Source: the human T2T-CHM13v2.0 reference genome, Homo sapiens
Strand: one strand, 5' to 3'
Length of the DNA: 64,000 nucleotides
NCBI RefSeq assembly: GCF_009914755.1
Contig: NC_060938.1
Position 1 is the first letter of the stretch. Each line of letters starts with the position of its first letter. The notes under the pieces were generated by a model that made no database searches, was not told the DNA's origin, and worked only from the letters and a program-made list of their open reading frames with translations. Both the position numbers and the translations under genes were made by a program. This document shows positions 1 to 16,431 of this stretch, in pieces.

Positions 1-1656
1 TAAGCTATCTATTTCCATGAATATTTTTCCCTTCACTTTTTATATCAATTTTTGGATTTCCTTGCATTGGGCTTTGCCTTTCTCTGGTCCCTCCCTGATG
101 AGCTTAATAACTAACCTCCTGAATTCTTTTTCAGATAAGTCAGGGATTTCTTCTTGTTTGGATCCATTGCTGGTGAACTAGTGTGATTTTTGGGGGATGT
201 TGAAGAGCCTTGTTTTGTCATATTATCAGGGTTGCTTTTCTTGTTCCTTCTCATTTGGGTAGGCTCTGTCAGAGGGAAGGTCTAGGGCTGAGGGCTGTTG
301 TTCAGATTCTTTTGTCCCACGGGGTGTTCCCTTGATGTAGTACTCTCCCCCTTTCTCTATGGATGTGGCTTCCTGTGAGCCAAACTGCAATGATTGTTGT
401 CTCGCTTCTTGGTCCAGCCAACCCAGCAAGTCTGCCCAGCTCCAGGCTGGTACTGGGGGTTGACTGCACAGAGTCCTATGATGTGAACCATCTGTGGGTC
501 TCTCAGTCATGGATACCAGCGCCTGTTCTGCTGGAAGTGGTGGAGGGTGCAATGGACTCCATGAGGGTCCTTAGCTTTGGTGGTTTAATGCTCTATTTTT
601 GTGCTGGTTGGCCTTCTGCCAGGAGGTGGCACTTTCCAGAAAGTATCAGCTGTAGTAGTGTGGTGAGGGATTGGCAGAGGGTGGGGCCCTAGAACCCCCA
701 AGATTATATGCCCTTTGTCTTCCACTACAAGTGCAGATATGGAAGGATCATCAGGTGGGGGTGGGGCTAGGCATGTCTGAGCTCAGACTCTCCCTGGGCG
801 GGTCTTGCTGTGGCTGCTATAGGGGATGGAAGTAAGATTCCCAGGTCACTGGAGTTGTGTACCTAGGAGGATTATGGCTGCCTCTTCTAAGTCATGCAGG
901 TTGTCAGGAAAGTAGAGGAAAGCCAGCAGTCACAGGCCTCACCCAGCTCCCATGCAAACTGAAGGGCCGGTCTTACTCCCACCATGCCTCCCCCAGTAGC
1001 CCCAAGTCTGTTTCCAGGCAGTGGGCAATAGGCTCGAAAACTTGCCTGAGGCTCTCTGCCTCCCAGCTGTGAGAGAAAAGGGCTTTAGTTCTTCCTCTGC
1101 CTCTGAAGTGTGCATGCCTGATTCGACCCCCAAGTTCTACCCAGGAGGCTTCTTGCCTCATTCAAATTGCTACAAAGTTCAGCTAGAGAATTCCTTCTCC
1201 CTGTGGAGTTTTACCCCCTGCTCCTCTGGCCACCCTCCTGATGGATCCCTGTGGTGCCTGGAAGGAATGGGCTGCTCAGGGACCCAGTGAGCTCCCAGGG
1301 CCTTTCTGCTGCTTCCTCTACCCCTGTATTTCACTCAGCTCTCTAACTTGACTCAGCTCCAGGTAAAGTCAGAAACTTCTCCTGCAAACAGACCTTCACC
1401 TTCTCCAGTGGGGGTGTGTATTCGGGAGAGGAGTGTCTCCCTTTCCCACTTCCGCAGCTGGGGCACTCAGTATTTGGGGTGTCTCCTGGGTCATGCATGA
1501 GCAATGCACTTCCTTCAGAGGGTCTGTGGGTCCTCTCCGCATTGCTGGTTTGTTCTTGCACTTGATCTGGAGCTAAAAATTCATAATGCAAGCCTCCGCA
1601 TGCTGCTCTGTCCAGAGCTGCAATCTAGTCCTGCCTCCTGTCCACCATGATCCCTT
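1..1656 (-). mobile_element. LINE-1 5'UTR and start of ORF1 (L1PB/L1PBa-like); continues beyond the window start
   Basis: The reverse complement begins GGGATCATGGTGGACAGGAGGCAGGACTAGATTGCAGCTC, an L1PB-type 5' end. The minus-strand ATG at 254 reads MRRNKKSNPDNMTKQGSSTSPKNHTSSPAMDPN, typical of an L1PB ORF1 N-terminus. Confidence 0.85.
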
Positions 1657-1659
1657 GTA

Positions 1660-2990
1660 CCCTCATTAGTTGCGTCTTTAATCATGGCTGGTCTAAGCCT
1701 TTTGTCACCCACAATTGTTATTTTACTTTGATCCTTTTATATAGTGGATTATAATCAACTCTAAGATTATATAAGTTTCTGATAAATTTAGAGATTGTGC
1801 TATTAAAATAGAAAAACTTCCAGGATTCTCATGGAGTACTGATATATTCATGAGGTTTGCTGAATAAGCAGAACAGGAGTTAATTGCATGGACTGAACTA
1901 ATAGAAGACTGACATAATCTTTTATGACTTTTTGTTTAAAACATTTTCTGATTCTTTTTGTTTTGTTTTTCACAGTCAGGGAAACTTCCTTTAAGCTGTT
2001 TATAGCTTTTAACAATTGCGTAAAGTATACTCTAATGAGCAAAATTTAAAATATAATTCCTTTCCCTCTACCTAATTTTTCCAAAATTTGGAAGCTATTT
2101 GTAAGTATTCTTAATTTATGGTCACACAGTTCTTCACATAAGCTCAATAAGAATTTGTTTTCTTTTATAACATGACATAACTAGAGACACTGGTTATTTT
2201 ACCAAGGCTTTGGCTAGAATGATGTATTTTCAGATTGCCTTATAAAAATATACAGCTGATAAGAGCCGCTTGGGAAAACTGGCCTTATACCTTGACCTTT
2301 ACAGGGTCCTGACCTGTGGTAAATAAAGAATGTCACCTTCTGACATGTCGAGGAACCCCAAGTTTTCTTGAAATCTCAAAAGGAGAAGAATTCACCCAAT
2401 TTATACAGATATCTGCAGGCACAGATATATTCTTGGCTGGGCTTGAGACTTTAAAAAAATGTATAATATTATATTCCTTATAGAAAACATTTCAGCAAAG
2501 CTAAATTTTCTTTAAAAAGAAAAGACCGTATGGCAAATGATTATTCTTGCTGCCTTTTATGCAAATAATCAAGCCAAGTATAATAAGACTAAAATTTATT
2601 TTACAAATAAATTGGTCCTACTATCATATTGTCTTGGGGAATTGGAGAGACAAAAATTATATTTCAGAATAAACTACAGTACACCTGCTATTAGATTATA
2701 GTGTTGCCCAATGTTTTTGAATTTTTATTATTTTCTATAATTTGGACTGAATTATAAATTGTTTTCTGGCTACGAATCTCCAAAATAATGTTTTCAAATT
2801 TTTCCTTCTTTCTTTCCTCCCTACCCCACCCCCACAGTTTTCCTAAATTGAAATCACTAAAAATGAAGCCATGCTTTCCTGAAAGCCCTATGAACTGAAG
2901 CTAGACCACTTAATCTTTAGAAGAAAGTAACAGCAACCTATTTATATACATAAATCATTTTTATAGCTGCCTACTCATGTATGGACTTCA
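1660..2990 (+). mobile_element. ERV1 non-autonomous internal fragment (MER4-group-int-like)
   Basis: AT-rich sequence with recalled MER4-group internal motifs (GGACTGAACTAATAGAAGACTGA; GGCAAATGATTATTCTTGCTGC; CCAAGTATAATAAGACTAAAA). No ORF. Confidence 0.6.
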
Positions 2991-3379
2991 TTTGGGGAGC
3001 TGGGGAGACTGAGGGAAAGGGTAAAAAGTCAGGAAGTTTACAGGAACCAGAACACACACATCCAGCTTCCTAAGCACAGAAAACTGGAGAAGAAGCATGC
3101 TGCTTCCATTATGAAACCACTCTGTTGGTAATCCGTACTGTTATTTGATGGTCTATTATTTCGATGTCTAAACTTAAAGCTTAAGAAACTTAGAGAAATC
3201 TTTAAAAACTACTGAACTAAATTTTTTATTACTACTTTATTTATTTACTTATTTGTAAGTTTATTATTAGTGATCACTTCCATAATATCTTTATATCTTA
3301 TGTAACAATAAATCCAGATGTAAGAAATTTAAATAAGTTATCTTTCTTTGTTAATCAGATTGGTAAAGCTTTAAAAGTT

Positions 3380-3990
3380 AGTGGGTACAAGTGTTTGCAA
3401 AAATGTAAGAGGAAAAGGCAGGCTAATTTATGTAATAATGGTAGGGGTATAAATTGGCTTGATTCTTTTAGAAGACAGGCAGTGTGTGTCAAAATTAAGA
3501 GATGCATAGTACCTGTCCCAGCAATTCCCCTTTTAGTAATTTCTCTTGCAGAAACACTGGCAGATGTGCACAAAGATTATGAAACAAGTATTTTACTCAT
3601 TACTGCTGCCATTTAGAAACATTGGAAATAACCCAAATGTATATCAAAAGCAGATTAAACAATCATGATAGTGCCATACAATAGGATACTAGGGTAAGTG
3701 TAAAACAGAGAAGAAACTGCACATGCATTGACATAGATAGATGTCCATTACTAAGATTCAAGTTAAAGAAAACAAAAAGGCAATGTGAAAATAGCATTAT
3801 GTATGTTCTTATTTCAATTTATGTATACTGTGAAGATCTGTAATAGCATGCTTTGAAAAAATATCTGGATGAATATAAACCAAGCAGTGTTTATCTCTGG
3901 GATTATCAGAACTTTCATGGTTTTACGGCATACACTTTGTAATCTTTATTATGGCCATCTGTTTCTTTATTATCAGAGATAACAATAATG
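3380..3990 (+). mobile_element. Old L1 (L1ME-like) 3' fragment
   Basis: Degenerate motifs from the L1 ORF2 end and 3'UTR: CCCAGCAATTCCCCTTTTAG, GGAAATAACCCAAATGT, GTTTATCTCTGGG. Confidence 0.55.
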
Positions 3991-4789
3991 ATTTTTAAAA
4001 CAAGAAAAATTATTGGTCAGAAAAAAAGAAGTGCTGCACACTCATTTTTAAAACCAATTGACACCAGAGCACTCGTGATGCTGTTCTTGAAAGTCAAAGT
4101 GTTCCCTGAACAGATTTGTACACCAGTGACTAAATTTTAGAAATTTCTTAACTGCATCTGGGGTGTATATTCTAACTTTTTATGTCACACCACTATGCAT
4201 CATTAAAACATTTTTTTTACTGATTGGAGAAGCAGTAGCTTAAGAGCTTATTTACTAATATTCTAGCTAGAAAAGCCTACAAGTTATTTTAAGATGCTTA
4301 AATAAACACAACTTAGGAAGTGACGAGCATTTTTATATGACACATTAATATTTTGAAAAAAGAAAAAGGAGAGAAGGAGAAGAACATTTGGAAACATTTA
4401 AAAGCTCTATTTAGAAAACATTTTATTTCCACCTTCATGATTGAGAATACACTCCACAAGCCTCAAACTAGAAGAGGGTGCTTGTAAATTCTTCCATACC
4501 TCCTCTTTTCTGTTTGACATTTCAGACTCCAAGGTTTTCATGACTTTGTACAACTTCTAAAACTGCAGGATGGCAATAGAAAATATTCTACTCTTAAAGA
4601 ATAGTTTATGGTGCCCTCTCATGGAATTCTCAGGGTGCTCTACAATGAACCTAGGAAAAGTGGCAAGGACTGTGCTTCCTCTCAGCTAATTGCCTATTCA
4701 GGTGGTTAGGATATGAGGGGTGGGGATTCCCATTCACACTCTTGTCTGGCTAGTCCAGGGTCCTGAAAAGGACTGAGCTGGTGATCCAT

Positions 4790-4910
4790 TTCAGCATTTC
4801 CATCTACTGAGAGGAATTACAGGCTGAGAATTAAATGGCTTGCTGGCTGCAGCCTAATACAGGCAGTGAAACCCAGATCTCCTGACTGCTAATCTAGTGC
4901 TCTCTCCCAA
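4790..4910 (-). mobile_element. MIR fragment
   Basis: GAAACCCAGATCTCCTGACT...TCTAGTGCTCTCTCC resembles the antisense MIR tRNA-derived head. Confidence 0.45.
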
Positions 4911-6149
4911 CCCCACTTTGCTCATTCCATGGCTTGTAATGAAAGTTGTTCAACTGAAGATTTGTCTTGACTGCTGGAATGTCTCAGATGTTTGACTTGA
5001 ACGATGAAATGCCTAGCTGCCTTTCAGCTCATGCACAGTCTAGCAAGTCTTCTCATTAGCATATTCGGCTCAGTCTTTGCCTATCAAGCCCTGGCCTCCT
5101 TCCTGGAATAAATCACGGCTTTAACTCCAGGGCCTGCCTGGGCCTCCTACCCTTCCAGCGCCATGGCCAGCACTGCCAACATTGGCCTGGATCACAGGGC
5201 CATCGTGTCGCTGCACTTCAGTCTTCAACCTGGGAGATGAAACCTGAACTGCTCTTGGGAGCTGGGTGCAACTTCTTGGGGACCAGCAGACTCTGTTACC
5301 AGAAACACAGCTGCAACCTTCAGAGCTGTGAAGTGAAGGCCAGAGGGGCCTGGGCATTAGAGGTCAGAGGCTGGTAGCCTGGGGATCTGTGCCCTCAGAG
5401 CTGGAAAGCTGGAGGGCTACAAACTTTGGGTTCCTTCCTAGACTCTGGTTTATGAATGCTATTAATTCAAAGAGTACAAAAGAGCGGGCACAACATGGCA
5501 AACCTGGAAATGCCCTGAAATCATCAGCTCATTACAAAAGATCTGTGTATTCAGGGTTTTCGCAAACTCAAAATCCATCCTAAAATTCACACACTATTTC
5601 TAGTAACAAATTTTAAAACTGAAATAAAGTGTTAAGCTGTTAATATTACAAACACATTCTAATCTACTGCACTAGAGGAAAGAATAAATTTGTTTTCTAG
5701 GCTCTCTTTAGCAGATGATACTATACGATTGTTGATCTATGAAGAGGTGATTAAAGAATATGCAGCCAATAAGATGGGAAAGAGAATTTGAGAGGTGTGT
5801 CAGGCTGTTGATTTATTATGTTGTAGTGTTTATTGCATTTGACACAATTTTAGATTTTTAACTTGTGATTTCTTTTCTCTCTCTAAATAAATATTCATTT
5901 TGGTATGTAATTTTGAACTTTTTCTTAAAGTGGGACCCCAAATTACATAAGTATAATGCCCCCAGAGAACTTGGACTGGCTTTTGTCTACCCCTCTTGCT
6001 CTGGTTCTTACTTGGATATGTGTGTCTGTACTGACCAAGCATTATCACCATTGTCACCATCCAGATTGTCATTATGTCCCTTGGCCCATGTCTGTTGCTT
6101 TTAACTTTTCAAAGAGCTATGGCATCTATATCTTAGATCCAATTTAGAG

Positions 6150-6340
6150 GCTGAGTGACCTGCAACATCTCCTAATTATGTAACCTCTGTGTGCCTTAGT
6201 TTTCTCATCTGTAAAATGGGGATAATCCTGGTACCTATTTTATAGGATTACTGTGAAGGTCAAATGAGTGAATAGACATAAAGTGCTTAGAACCATGCCT
6301 GGCACAAAGCAAGCACTGTGTAGGAGCTTGCTATTATTTT
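6150..6340 (+). mobile_element. MIR (left arm of the palindrome)
   Basis: MIR core CCTCTGTGTGCCTTAGTTTTCTCATCTGTAAAATGGGGATAAT...AAAGTGCTTAGAACCATGCCTGGCAC with a TATTATT tail. Confidence 0.9.
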
Positions 6341-6388
6341 ATTATGTAAATTTTTATATAAATATACATAATTATGTTAAAATTATTT

Positions 6389-6498
6389 TAATAGCAAGCT
6401 CCAAGGTAGTACTTGCTTTGTGCCAGGCATGGTTCTAAACACTTTATATCTATTCACTCACTTGACCATCACAGCAATCCTATAAAATAGGTACCAGG
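6389..6498 (-). mobile_element. MIR (right arm of the palindrome, interrupted by the L1; resumes at 12578-12589)
   Basis: Reverse complement of 6227-6336 with 10 mismatches and no gaps (hand count). Confidence 0.9.
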
Positions 6499-6572
6499 GG
6501 CTACAGCTCCCAGCATGAGCGATGCAGAAGATGGGTGATTTCTGCATTTCCAACTGAGGTACTGCGTTCATC

Positions 6573-6899
6573 TCACTGGGGCATGTCAGACAATGGGTGC
6601 AGTCCATGGAGTGTGAGCCGAAGCAGGGTGGGGCATCGCCTCACCTGGGAAGTGCAAGGGGTGGGGGGATTCCCTTTCCAAGCCAAGGGAAGCCATGACA
6701 GATGGTACCTGGAAAATTGGGACACTCCCACCCTAATACTGTGCTTTTCCAATGGTCTTAGCAAACAGCACACCAGGAGATTATATCCTGTGCATGGCTT
6801 GGAGGGTCCCACACCCATGGAGCCTTGCTCAATGCTAGCACAGCAGTCTGAGATCAAACTGCAAGGTGGCAGCGAGGCTGGGTGAGGGGCGTCCGCCAT
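6573..6899 (-). CDS. LINE-1 ORF0 homolog (antisense 5'UTR ORF), open, 108 aa
   Basis: MADAPHPASLPPCSLISDCCASIEQGSMGVGPSKP...EKHSIRVGVSQFSR is collinear with L1HS ORF0 (MAGAPPPASLPPCSLISDCCASNQRDSVGVGPSEP...). Expression is not shown. Confidence 0.6.
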   Translation of the reverse strand: MADAPHPASLPPCSLISDCCASIEQGSMGVGPSKPCTGYNLLVCCLLRPLEKHSIRVGVSQFSRYHLSWLPLAWKGNPPTPCTSQVRRCPTLLRLTLHGLHPLSDMPQ

Positions 6900-7474
6900 T
6901 GCTGAGGCTTGAGTAGGTAAACAAAGTGGCCAGGAAGCTCAAACTGGGTGGAGCCCACCTCAGCTCAAGGAGGCCTGCCTGCCTCTATAGACTCCACCTC
7001 TGAGGGCAGGGAATAGCTGAATAAAAGGCAGCAGAAACTTCTGCAGACTTAAACATCCCTGTCTGACAGCTTTGAAGAGAGCAGCGATTCTCCCAGCACA
7101 GAGTTTGAGATCTGAGAACAGACAGACTGCCTCCTCAAGTGGGTCCCTGACCCCCGAGTTGCCTAACTGGGAGACACCTCCCAGTAGGGGCCAACTGACA
7201 CTTCATACAGCTGGGTGCCCCTCTGAGACAAAGCTTCTAGAGGAAGAATCAGGCAGCAACATTTGCTGTTCTGCAATATTTGCTGTTCTGCAGCCTCCGC
7301 TGGTGATACCCCAGCAGACAGGGTCTGGAGTGGACCTCCAGCAAATTCCAGCAGACCTGCAGCTGAGGGTCCTGACTGTTAGAAGGAAAACTAACAAAGA
7401 GCAAGGACATCCACACCAAAACCCCATCTGTACGTCACCATCATCAAAGACCAAAGGTAGATAAAACCACAAAG

Positions 7475-8479
7475 ATGGGGAGAAACCAGAGGAGAAAAGC
7501 TGAAAATTCTAAAAATCAGAGCACCTCTTAGCCTCCAAAGGAAGGCAGCTCCTCGCCAGCAATGGAACAAAGCTGGATGGAGAATGACTTTGACGAGGTG
7601 AGAGAAGAGGCTTCAGATGATAGCTAATAACAAACTTCTCCAAGCTAAAGGAGGATGTTCAAACCCATCACAAAGAAGCTAAAAACCTTGAAAAAAGATT
7701 AGATGAATGGCTAACTAGAATAAACAGCATAGAGAACACCTTAAAGGACCTGATGGAGCTGAAAACCAGGGCACGAGAACTACGTGACGCATGCAGAAGC
7801 TTCAGTAGCCAATTCGATCAAGTGGAAGAAAGAGTATCAGTGATTGAAGATCAAATGAATGAAATGAAGAAAGAAGAGAAGTTTAGAGAAAAAAGAGTAA
7901 AAAGAAATGAACAAAGCCTCCAAGAAATATGGGACTATGTGAAAAGACCAAATCTGCATCTGATTGGTGTACCTGAAAGTGACGGGGAGAATGGCATCAA
8001 GTTGGAAAACACTCTTTAGGATATTATCCAGGAGAACTTCCCCAACCTAGCAAGGCAGGCCAACATTCAAATTCAGGAAATACAGATAATACCACAAAGA
8101 TACTCCTCGAGAAAAGCAACTCCAAGATATAATTGTCAGATTCACCAAAGTTGAAATGAAGGAAAAAAATATTAAGGGCAGCCAGAGAGAAATGTCGGGT
8201 TACCCACAAAGGGAAGCCCATCAGACTAATAGCGGATCTCCCAGAAGAGAGCGGGAGCCAATATTCAACATTCTTAAATAAAAGAATTTTCAACCCAGAA
8301 TTTCATATCCAACCAAAGTAAGCTGCATAAGTGAAGGAGAAATAAAATCCTTTGCAGACAAGCAAATGCTGAGAGATTTTGTCACCACCAGGCCTGCCTT
8401 ACAAGAGCTGCTGAAGGAAGCACTAAACATGGAAAGGAACAACTGGTACCAGCCATTGCAAAAACATGCCAAATTGTAA
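7475..8479 (+). pseudogene. L1 ORF1p remnant (disrupted)
   Basis: ATG at 7475 (ATGGGGAGAAAC) with an in-frame TAG at 7529-7531. Track fragment 7753-8019 reads ...NEQSLQEIWDYVKRPNL. The natural stop AAATTGTAA ends at 8479. Confidence 0.93.
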
Positions 8480-8542
8480 AGACCATGGATGCTAGGAAGA
8501 AACTGCATCAACTAATGAGCAAAATAACCAGCTAACATCATA

Positions 8543-12337
<3,795 letters not shown>

Positions 12338-12799
12338 ACAATGAGAATACTTGGACATAGGGTGGGGAACATCACACACCGGGGCCTGTTGTGGGGTGGG
12401 GGCAGGGGGGAGGGATAGCATTAGGAGATATACCTAATGTAAATGATGAATTAATGGGTGCAGCACCCCAACATGGCACAGGTATACATATGTAACAAAG
12501 CTACACGTTGTGCACATGTACCCTAGAACTTAAAGTATAATTTTTAAAAAATGCACACAAAATAAATAGGTACTGGGATTATCCCCATTCAACTAAATAC
12601 ATATATACACCAGGAATAAAATAATACTTTATTTATATTATATATTTATATATAATAAAATATTCTATTAATTTATATAAAACAAATTATATATAATTTT
12701 ATTTATATTATACATAATAATATATGTTTATATTGTATATATGCGTGCACTTCACAATATGTGGTAGAGCATGACCACATACTGTCTTTATCCTCACCT

Positions 12800-13210
12800 A
12801 CCCCCTCTCATAGCTGTAATTATATTTGGAATTATGGAGGAAAGGGAGATTGGTAGTGGTAAATCTTTATCATAGGAAGTCAACAGATACATAAAAAATG
12901 CATAAATCCTGAAATCACAGTAGAAGCATATTATCTAGAAATATAGAGATACCAGAAGAAATAGCTAAAAGATTTGAAAATTGTGGCCTCTGAGAAGGTG
13001 ATGAGGATTGGAGCTAGAAATTACTGGGGTTTTTTAAATTTATTTTTTAATTTACAAATATATATATTTATTGTGTACAACAATGTTGTTTTGAGATATT
13101 GTATACATTGTGAAATGACTAAATTGAGCTTGAAATTACTGTGTTTTATCATAAGCTTTGACACATTTAACAGTGCATGTGTATCTTTGATTTTTAAAAA
13201 TTGTCAATTT
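12800..13210 (+). mobile_element. Old L1 3' end (L1MC-like) with a short antisense L1MA 3' piece at about 13040-13130
   Basis: GAAATAGCTAAAAGATTTGAAAATTGTGGCCTCTG resembles an L1MC 3'UTR. TTTATTGTGTACAAC...TATACATTGTGAAATGACTAAATTGAGCT resembles an antisense L1MA 3' end. Confidence 0.5.
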
Positions 13211-14397
13211 TTTTTAAAATGTTACAAACACAAACATGCAACTAAAAATATCCTTTCAAAAAATTGTTTAGATTGGAAGAATTTCTTTTCCTGATATAAT
13301 GATGCTCTTGGTTACTCTTTGTAGTCATTTTAATAAGAAAAAATAATAAGCAGCAAATCTCAACAAAAAGAAAGGCTTTGTTTAGGTAAATTACAAGTAA
13401 GCTTTCCCTCGTGGAAATCTTTGCCTAATTGGGCTGCAGCTGCTGCTAATTTATGCTTTTCACTGTATCTCAGTTTGGTCTTGCATGTGTATTTGTGTTT
13501 TAAATATCACACAATTTGAGGCTTTCATTTGATGGCATGAGTTTGGATACAACTGGAGAGGCTTATGAGAGTCTTATCCTAAGAAGAATTTACTATTTTG
13601 TTACAGTTTTTGCTGTACACCTGGGAGCTACTGAATGTAATTGGAGTACAGCTAAGAGAAACTAGGTTGGGGGTCACTGTAATCACATTTGATTTTATTT
13701 TCTCATTATATTGTTCTGGTTCATTCATTCCCCTCTCCCGCATTAGTATCTAAGGCACTGTGTCATGAAGGCAGAGCTGGGATGAAAGCAGCTCTGATTG
13801 ACTGGTTAGTATGTACCCTGGTTCATTGAACACAGAACTCAGTGCTTGAACCTCTCTCTAAAAGAGGCGGCATTCTGGGCACAAAGTGGAGAGGCAGTTA
13901 GCTGTTTTAGTTTGAAAAATGGAGAATACCATCTGGGCATATTTTTCTTGTGCCTAGGAGTATTTCTGCTAGGTCTGCTGGACACCAGTTGCATTTCATT
14001 ATCCTCTAACAAGCGGCATCAGTCATGGTCCCGTCTCTCCATGGCTCGCAGGAAGGAGCAATGAACAGAACATACTGTTGTTCGTCTTTTTCAGTCTAGG
14101 TACAAGGGGCAGATTTCATTTCATTATTGAATTGCAAGTCATACTCAGCTGAGATGAATCACTTGGTGAAGATTATTACTGCTTTTTTTCCCATTCATAT
14201 TTTACAGAGCCAATAGCTAACTTAAAATAAAAAAGTAATCGGAGTCCAACTGCCAGCTGTTTTATAAGGCAAAACTGGGGATTTTGAGTTTGAGGTACAT
14301 TAAATCATATCACAAGATACTATTAAGTTGTTCTTTCTACAAGGCTCAAAAATAAAGTATTGAAAGTAATTTTGTTTAAAAAAAAAAAAGCAGTGTT

Positions 14398-14713
14398 GAA
14401 CTTTGAAAACATTAAGCTAAGTGAAATAAGCCAGACACCACAAGACAAATATTGTACGATTGTAGGAGGTACCTGTAGTACACAAATTCATAGTGGCAGA
14501 AAGAAAAATAGTGGACAGGGACTGAGGGAAGGGGAAATAAAGAATTATTGTTTAATGGGTTCAGAGTTTTTGTTTAGGATGATGAAAGAGTTCTGGAGAT
14601 GTTTGGTGCTGATGGTTGCACATTATTGTAAATGATGTTGTACATTGAACTGTACACCTAATGGTTAAAATGGTAAATTTTATGTATATTTTGCCACAAT
14701 TTTAAAAACACAA
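14398..14713 (+). mobile_element. 5'-truncated L1MB 3' end
   Basis: TGAAAACATTAAGCTAAGTGAAATAAGCCAGACA...ATGGTAAATTTTATGTATATTTTGCCACAAT, flanked by AAAAGCAGTGTT copies. Confidence 0.85.
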
Positions 14714-14727
14714 AAAAGCAGTGTTTC

Positions 14728-15066
<339 letters not shown>

Positions 15067-16431
15067 TCATATAAATAGACACATCATGCAATCTTATAAA
15101 ACTCAGTGGTATTTACTGCTCCTCCCATCCCCCAATTACTCTTTGGCCTTTTTCCCATATTGTTCCTCAACAAGAATAGGCAAGGGAAATAAAAGGAGAA
15201 TAAATTTAAATTTATAAATATTGCTGATTACTGGTCCAATCCAAGGTCCTATTGGATTGTGAGGTTTCCTACAACCTAATCAATATTCAAGGTTAGAGAT
15301 TATCAGTAGATTTCAGATTTTTCCTATTCTACTTATTCTCAGTGATTGTGGATATTATGTATTGGATATGCAGTAGCTCAGTGCCATCTTTTCTCTGACT
15401 CTGATTGGCCTCCTCAACAGTTGCAGAAAGAATTTCCACAATAGCTCAGCCAAAGGAGAGCAGTGGGAATTCTGTAGGATTAGAGCTGGAATTTGGAACA
15501 CTGGCACAGAGCTAGGAGGCTGCAGATGAACACTTAGGTTATTTGTTATATAAATGTTTCCAAAGCACAGCTAACTCTTGCCTATGTTTCCTTATCTCAA
15601 AAAAATCTCTTTCCTGTAGTGCTAATAAGTAGGAACTGGTAGAAATATCCCATTCATGTCACAGAGCAGTATCCATGGGGGGTCTGCTGGGAAGCATTCA
15701 GGCAGTCACGGAAGTGGGCACAGCTCACGTGCACAAGTGTAGAAGTCAGTTGCTAATTCAGGACTGTGGATTTGCTGTATAGTGCTCAACAGACCATCAG
15801 AAGATAGGCAGTCGGGAGACTGCCTTCTCCTTCTCCTGATATGTTTTATACCTTCCTCCCTTTAACACATTTAAAGTAATGCCTATCACCTGAAAGAACT
15901 AAGTGTCAACTATTCTTACGGTTTTATAGCTTTAGTTGAATATGTCAAAATTAATGGAGAGAAAATAAGTGAATCTATGTATCTCTGATTAAAGCATAAT
16001 TATGATGCCTTTAGCCCAGTGTCCAGTCATGTTACATGTCATGCTGCAGAAATCATGGTCAGCATTATTCCATTTTCTCTATGTATATAAATATCTTATT
16101 ATAAGAAATAAAGTAAGTGCACTTAACCCATTAATAGGTTATTCTAAATAAGAGAGGATTTTGAAGGGGTAGGGAAGGGTTAAAATTCAGAAGTGCATTA
16201 GGTATGTTGTTCTCTAAGGTAATAGACTTTATTATAGAAATCATGATTGAGCAAAACATTTGATTGGTATACCTAGAGAAGTTGAGAGAAAAACACAGTT
16301 GTTCTTCTAAAAGTAAGAAAAAAATTCAAAACTTGGAAATAGAGAAAAGGATGGCTACATATCTTTTCTATGTCACACTGGAGCAATGTCTAATAGACAC
16401 ACCTAAGGACTGCCTGATTCTCTAGGGATAT

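Noticed and set aside
226-1591. Several 60-110 aa ORFs at the window start
   Set aside because: They are chance frames within the L1PB 5'UTR.
12391-12416. G-quadruplex-like tract
   Set aside because: It is the ordinary G-rich tract of the L1 3'UTR.
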